Shown: in pieces, positions 28,474 through 32,000 of the stretch | Layout of the letters: the number at the start of each line of letters is the position of its first letter | Position numbering within the stretch: the stretch's first letter is position 1 | Assembly (NCBI RefSeq): GCF_014857065.1 | Contig: NZ_CP046533.1 | Coordinates: 420,001-452,000, forward strand | Direction: 5' to 3' | DNA from: Candidatus Saccharimonadota bacterium | Lineage (GTDB): Bacteria; Pseudomonadota; Gammaproteobacteria; Enterobacterales; Enterobacteriaceae | Length of the DNA stretch: 32,000 bases | Position numbers and translations under genes: made by a program | Notes under the pieces: model-generated | What the model was told of the DNA's origin: nothing | Database searches by the model: none | The model's input: only the letters and a program-made list of their open reading frames with translations

Positions 28474-29775
28474 TTATGAACCTTTATTCGTCAATATTTC
28501 TTCCTCATATGATAAAGCTTGAACATCATTATACTGATTCTCCCATTTAGCTATTACCAATACAGCTAAAGCATTACCAACTACATTTAATGCTGTGCGC
28601 GCCATATCAAGAATACGATCAACTCCCGCAATAAAAGCTAAACCTTCTAAAGGAATACCCACACTCCCCAACGTAGCTAATAATACTACAAAAGATACTC
28701 CAGGAACACCAGCTATACCCTTAGAAGTCACCATCAAAGTTAACACTAAGATAATTTCTTGAGTTAAAGATAATTCTATGCCATATAACTGAGCAATAAA
28801 AATAGCTGCAATACTTTGATACAAAGTAGATCCATCTAAATTAAAAGAATATCCCGTAGGTACTACAAAACCTGTAATTATTGACGGAGCACCATAAGCT
28901 TCCATTTTCTCAATAATACGAGGTAATACACTTTCCGAACTGGCAGTAGAAAAAGATAATATTAATTCTTCTTTTAAAATAAAAATCAAAGTCCAAATTC
29001 GAAGACCACATATACGAGCTACAATACCTAAAACCACTAAAGCAAAAAAAATAATTGCACCATATACTAATAATACTAATTTAGTCAAAGGCACTAATGA
29101 ACTAAAACCAAAAGTAGCAACTGTAACAGAAATTAAAGCAAAAACTCCAACAGGAGCATAACGCATAACTATATCAGTTACCTTAAACATAGTTTCAGCC
29201 GTTGAACTAAAAATCTGTAATAAAGGTTGCTTATCAGATTCTGGAATTATTGCCAAACTAAGACCAAAAATTATAGAAAAGAAAATCACAGGCAATATAT
29301 CCCCTTTTGCCATTGAATCAATAATATTAGACGGAATTAACGATAAAAAGGTATTAATTAAATTATAACCACTAGATTGAAGATCAGATGCTGTTTGCGT
29401 ATACATTGATATATCTGTAGTTGATAAAATAGACATATCAATTCCTTTACCCGGATTAAATATATTAGCAAATGTTACCCCAAGAACAATTGCAAGAGTA
29501 GTAATTATTTCAAAATAAACAATAGTCTTAAAACCAATACTACCTAATTTTTTCACATCACCAATACCCGCAATACCAGTTACTAAAGTAGCCATAACTA
29601 TAGGTATCACAATCATTTTAATCATTCTAACAAAGACTTCTCCAGCAGGTGAAAGAAAAGTACAAATTATCCAATCTTTAATATTACCTTGATTATGTAA
29701 TAATGCGCCTACAATAACTCCTGAAATTAAAGCAATAAATATTTGCCAAGCAAGCGTAATTTTTATCTTCTTCAT
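28474..29775 (-). CDS. gltP: Proton/sodium glutamate-aspartate symporter GltP (DAACS family)
   Basis: The 433-aa ORF is very similar to E. coli GltP along its whole length (MKKIKITLAWQIF, SPAGEVFVRMIKMIVIPIV, MRYAPVGVFALISVTVATFGFSSL, STASSESVLPRIIEKMEAYGAP, VPTGYSFNLDGSTLYQSIAAIFIAQLYGI, AGVDRILDMARTALNVVGNALAVLVIAKWE). An AAGGTG Shine-Dalgarno motif lies upstream. Confidence 0.95.
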   Translation of the reverse strand: MKKIKITLAWQIFIALISGVIVGALLHNQGNIKDWIICTFLSPAGEVFVRMIKMIVIPIVMATLVTGIAGIGDVKKLGSIGFKTIVYFEIITTLAIVLGVTFANIFNPGKGIDMSILSTTDISMYTQTASDLQSSGYNLINTFLSLIPSNIIDSMAKGDILPVIFFSIIFGLSLAIIPESDKQPLLQIFSSTAETMFKVTDIVMRYAPVGVFALISVTVATFGFSSLVPLTKLVLLVYGAIIFFALVVLGIVARICGLRIWTLIFILKEELILSFSTASSESVLPRIIEKMEAYGAPSIITGFVVPTGYSFNLDGSTLYQSIAAIFIAQLYGIELSLTQEIILVLTLMVTSKGIAGVPGVSFVVLLATLGSVGIPLEGLAFIAGVDRILDMARTALNVVGNALAVLVIAKWENQYNDVQALSYEEEILTNKGS

Positions 29776-30179
29776 AATAACACCTTTATATAGGAGTGTT
29801 TCTTTTTATTTTATATAAACACAAATGATAATCTATTAATATTGCATTAATAAATTTCAATATCCAATTAAATTTAACCAAACTAATTTTCAATTAAATT
29901 AACTTAAACAAAAACAAAATCTAAATATTATCTTAAAATAACAAAATACTATATACCTATAAAATAATACAACTTTTATACAGTAAATACAAAAAATTAC
30001 ATCTAAAATATATAAGAAGTTTTGATTATATTTAATATTTCGTAAAAATTAAAAACCTACATTTTAAATAATTAACAATATCAAAATTCAATATATAAAC
30101 CAAACTTAACGTTAAAATTTAAATCTTTATCTAAATTAACTATTAATATACATATATGTAAAAACTAATATTGATATTA

Positions 30180-31826
30180 TTAATCTCGTTCTATTAATAA
30201 TGCTTCTAATAAATCTAAATCATGTAATAACTTAATCAAAGTCTCATTACTAATTTTTTGTTGTGCTCGTAAATGATAATACTCACCACGCTCTGCACGT
30301 AATACGTTTAATCTCATACGTCTCTCTAAATCTTCCGCTAAAGAATAATTACCAGCCTCGCTATTATCATCAATTCGACGACGTAAATTACCCATAACCT
30401 TAGCGCTCACTTCATTTAAAATTTGTTTATCTATATTTTCCTCTTGACTATTTAATAAACGCTCTTCCAATTTACATAAACTCTCAATAGCTACTTCAGC
30501 AGCTACTACACGTGCCATTCGTTCTTCCATACGCTGTAATGTTTTATCTGAAATAACTATTCCACGTAATAATAATGGAAGAATTAAAAAACTAAAAAAT
30601 AAAGATAATAAAATAACACCAGTAGCTATGAAAACAAGTTGATAACGAAATGGAAATTCTATTCCATTATTTAAAAATAATGGAATAGATAAGACCCCAG
30701 CCAAAGTAATAGATCCACGAACACCAGCAAAAGAAGCAATTAAGATATCTCGTATATCATAAGTAGAAAATACTAAAGGTCTTTTTTGCATTAAACGCAA
30801 ACTTATTCGTTTCATCAACCACAACCAAGTAAAACGCAACATTATCAAAGCAACATAAATAAAAAATACATACACAAAAAGCATCCAAGCCTGAATAGTA
30901 GGATCCATTTTAGCTTGCATAATAGATGTTGATACAATACCAGGTAATTGTAAACCTAACATAATAAAAACCATACCATTAAATACAAATTCTAACATTG
31001 TCCAAACATTATTACCTCGTAAACGCATTGCTAATGGAGCATGACGAATAACATTAGATTGACCAATAGTCATTCCAGAAGATACAGCTGCTAAAATACC
31101 AGACACACCAACATGTTCAGCAATTAAATAAGTGGCAAAAGGTAATAATAACAATAGCACAGTTTGAATGACTGAATCTCCACCACTCCAACGAATAATA
31201 TATCTTAACGATTTACTGTATCCCCAAGTAACAAGTATACCTGATAATAATCCACCAATTGACACTTTAATAAATTCTAATGATGCTCCACCAATAGTAA
31301 ACACCATAGTATGCATTGCAACCGCAATTGCAAATTTTAACGAAACTAATCCAGATGCATCATTCATAAGAGCTTCTCCTTGTAAAATATCCATTATTTT
31401 TTTTGGGATGCGTCCCTCTCCTACTATCCCAGATAATGCTACCGCATCAGTAGGTGATAACACAGCTGCCAGTGCCAATGCCGCTACAAGCGGTATCCCT
31501 GGAATTATCCAGTAAATTAAATATCCAATACCAACAACAGTAATGATCACTAATACCAAAGCTAATGCAAGAATTTCTCCAACATATCTCAAAAATTCAC
31601 GTAACGGAGTCTTCCAACCATCAGAAAATAACAATGGAGGGATAAACAATACTAGAAATAACTCAGGATTAAAATCTACATGCAAACCAATTTTTGGCAA
31701 TGCTAATAGGGCGCCTAATCCAATTTGCACTAATGGAAGTGGTATTTCAAATGGTAAAATTCGAGTTATAATTCCCGAAAGAGATACAACTAAAGTAAGG
31801 ATAAGAATTGTAAAAAAAATTTCCAT
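30180..31826 (-). CDS. yjcE: CPA1-family Na+/H+ (cation/proton) antiporter YjcE
   Basis: Homology to E. coli YjcE starts at MEIFFTILILTLVVSLSGIITR (ATG 31826). The track ORF begins 18 codons upstream at 31880. Conserved blocks include LSPTDAVALSGIVGEGRIPKKIM.ILQGEALMNDASGLVSLKFA and the C-terminal ISNETLIKLLHDLDLLEALLIE. Confidence 0.9.
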   Translation of the reverse strand: MEIFFTILILTLVVSLSGIITRILPFEIPLPLVQIGLGALLALPKIGLHVDFNPELFLVLFIPPLLFSDGWKTPLREFLRYVGEILALALVLVIITVVGIGYLIYWIIPGIPLVAALALAAVLSPTDAVALSGIVGEGRIPKKIMDILQGEALMNDASGLVSLKFAIAVAMHTMVFTIGGASLEFIKVSIGGLLSGILVTWGYSKSLRYIIRWSGGDSVIQTVLLLLLPFATYLIAEHVGVSGILAAVSSGMTIGQSNVIRHAPLAMRLRGNNVWTMLEFVFNGMVFIMLGLQLPGIVSTSIMQAKMDPTIQAWMLFVYVFFIYVALIMLRFTWLWLMKRISLRLMQKRPLVFSTYDIRDILIASFAGVRGSITLAGVLSIPLFLNNGIEFPFRYQLVFIATGVILLSLFFSFLILPLLLRGIVISDKTLQRMEERMARVVAAEVAIESLCKLEERLLNSQEENIDKQILNEVSAKVMGNLRRRIDDNSEAGNYSLAEDLERRMRLNVLRAERGEYYHLRAQQKISNETLIKLLHDLDLLEALLIERD

Positions 31827-32000
31827 ACTCAAATTCTTCAAACTACATAAAAACAATAACAAACATAAAACAAAATACAAACAAAAACCAATAATTTAAA
31901 ATATTACAATTGAAAAGTTATACTATTCACCAATACTTAACAAAAATACAACGATCAATAAAAAACAAATTTTGCATAATGAAGCTTTTTCAGTTGTAAA

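Overview
This window is a strongly AT-rich stretch (roughly 28-30% GC by eye, spacers lower) of a reduced Enterobacterales-type genome. The proteins are close to their E. coli orthologues, and E. coli-like gene blocks are separated by AT-rich, gene-free spacers. That pattern fits an obligate insect endosymbiont such as Blochmannia, but the organism assignment is inference only. I can support 27 protein genes: tsaD (partial), rpsU-dnaG-rpoD, yqjA, rsmI, dolP, rpsI-rplM, zapG, degQ, murA-ibaG, lptCAB, a znuCB-like metal ABC pair, lptFG, pepA-holC-valS, argI, ridA, gltP and yjcE. I can also support two tRNA genes (Ile-CAU ileX type, Leu-CAA leuX type), RNase P RNA (rnpB) and one clear pseudogene (zapE). 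I found no CRISPR array, IS or transposon, phage gene, toxin-antitoxin pair, defence system or obviously foreign island, so I do not see an undescribed biological system here and the content is core housekeeping. The observations most worth a second look are: (1) a near full-length zapE relic with many in-frame stops and apparently no frameshift; (2) a good Zur-box palindrome upstream of the metal ABC pair, with no binding-protein gene nearby; (3) rearrangement junctions that bring lptCAB within about 2 kb of lptFG; (4) clean loss of mla/kdsDC, lpoA-yraN-diaA and pyrBI at conserved junctions; (5) tRNA genes without an encoded CCA end; (6) several in-frame A9 runs in essential genes. All homology statements come from reading translations against remembered E. 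coli sequences, and no database search was run.
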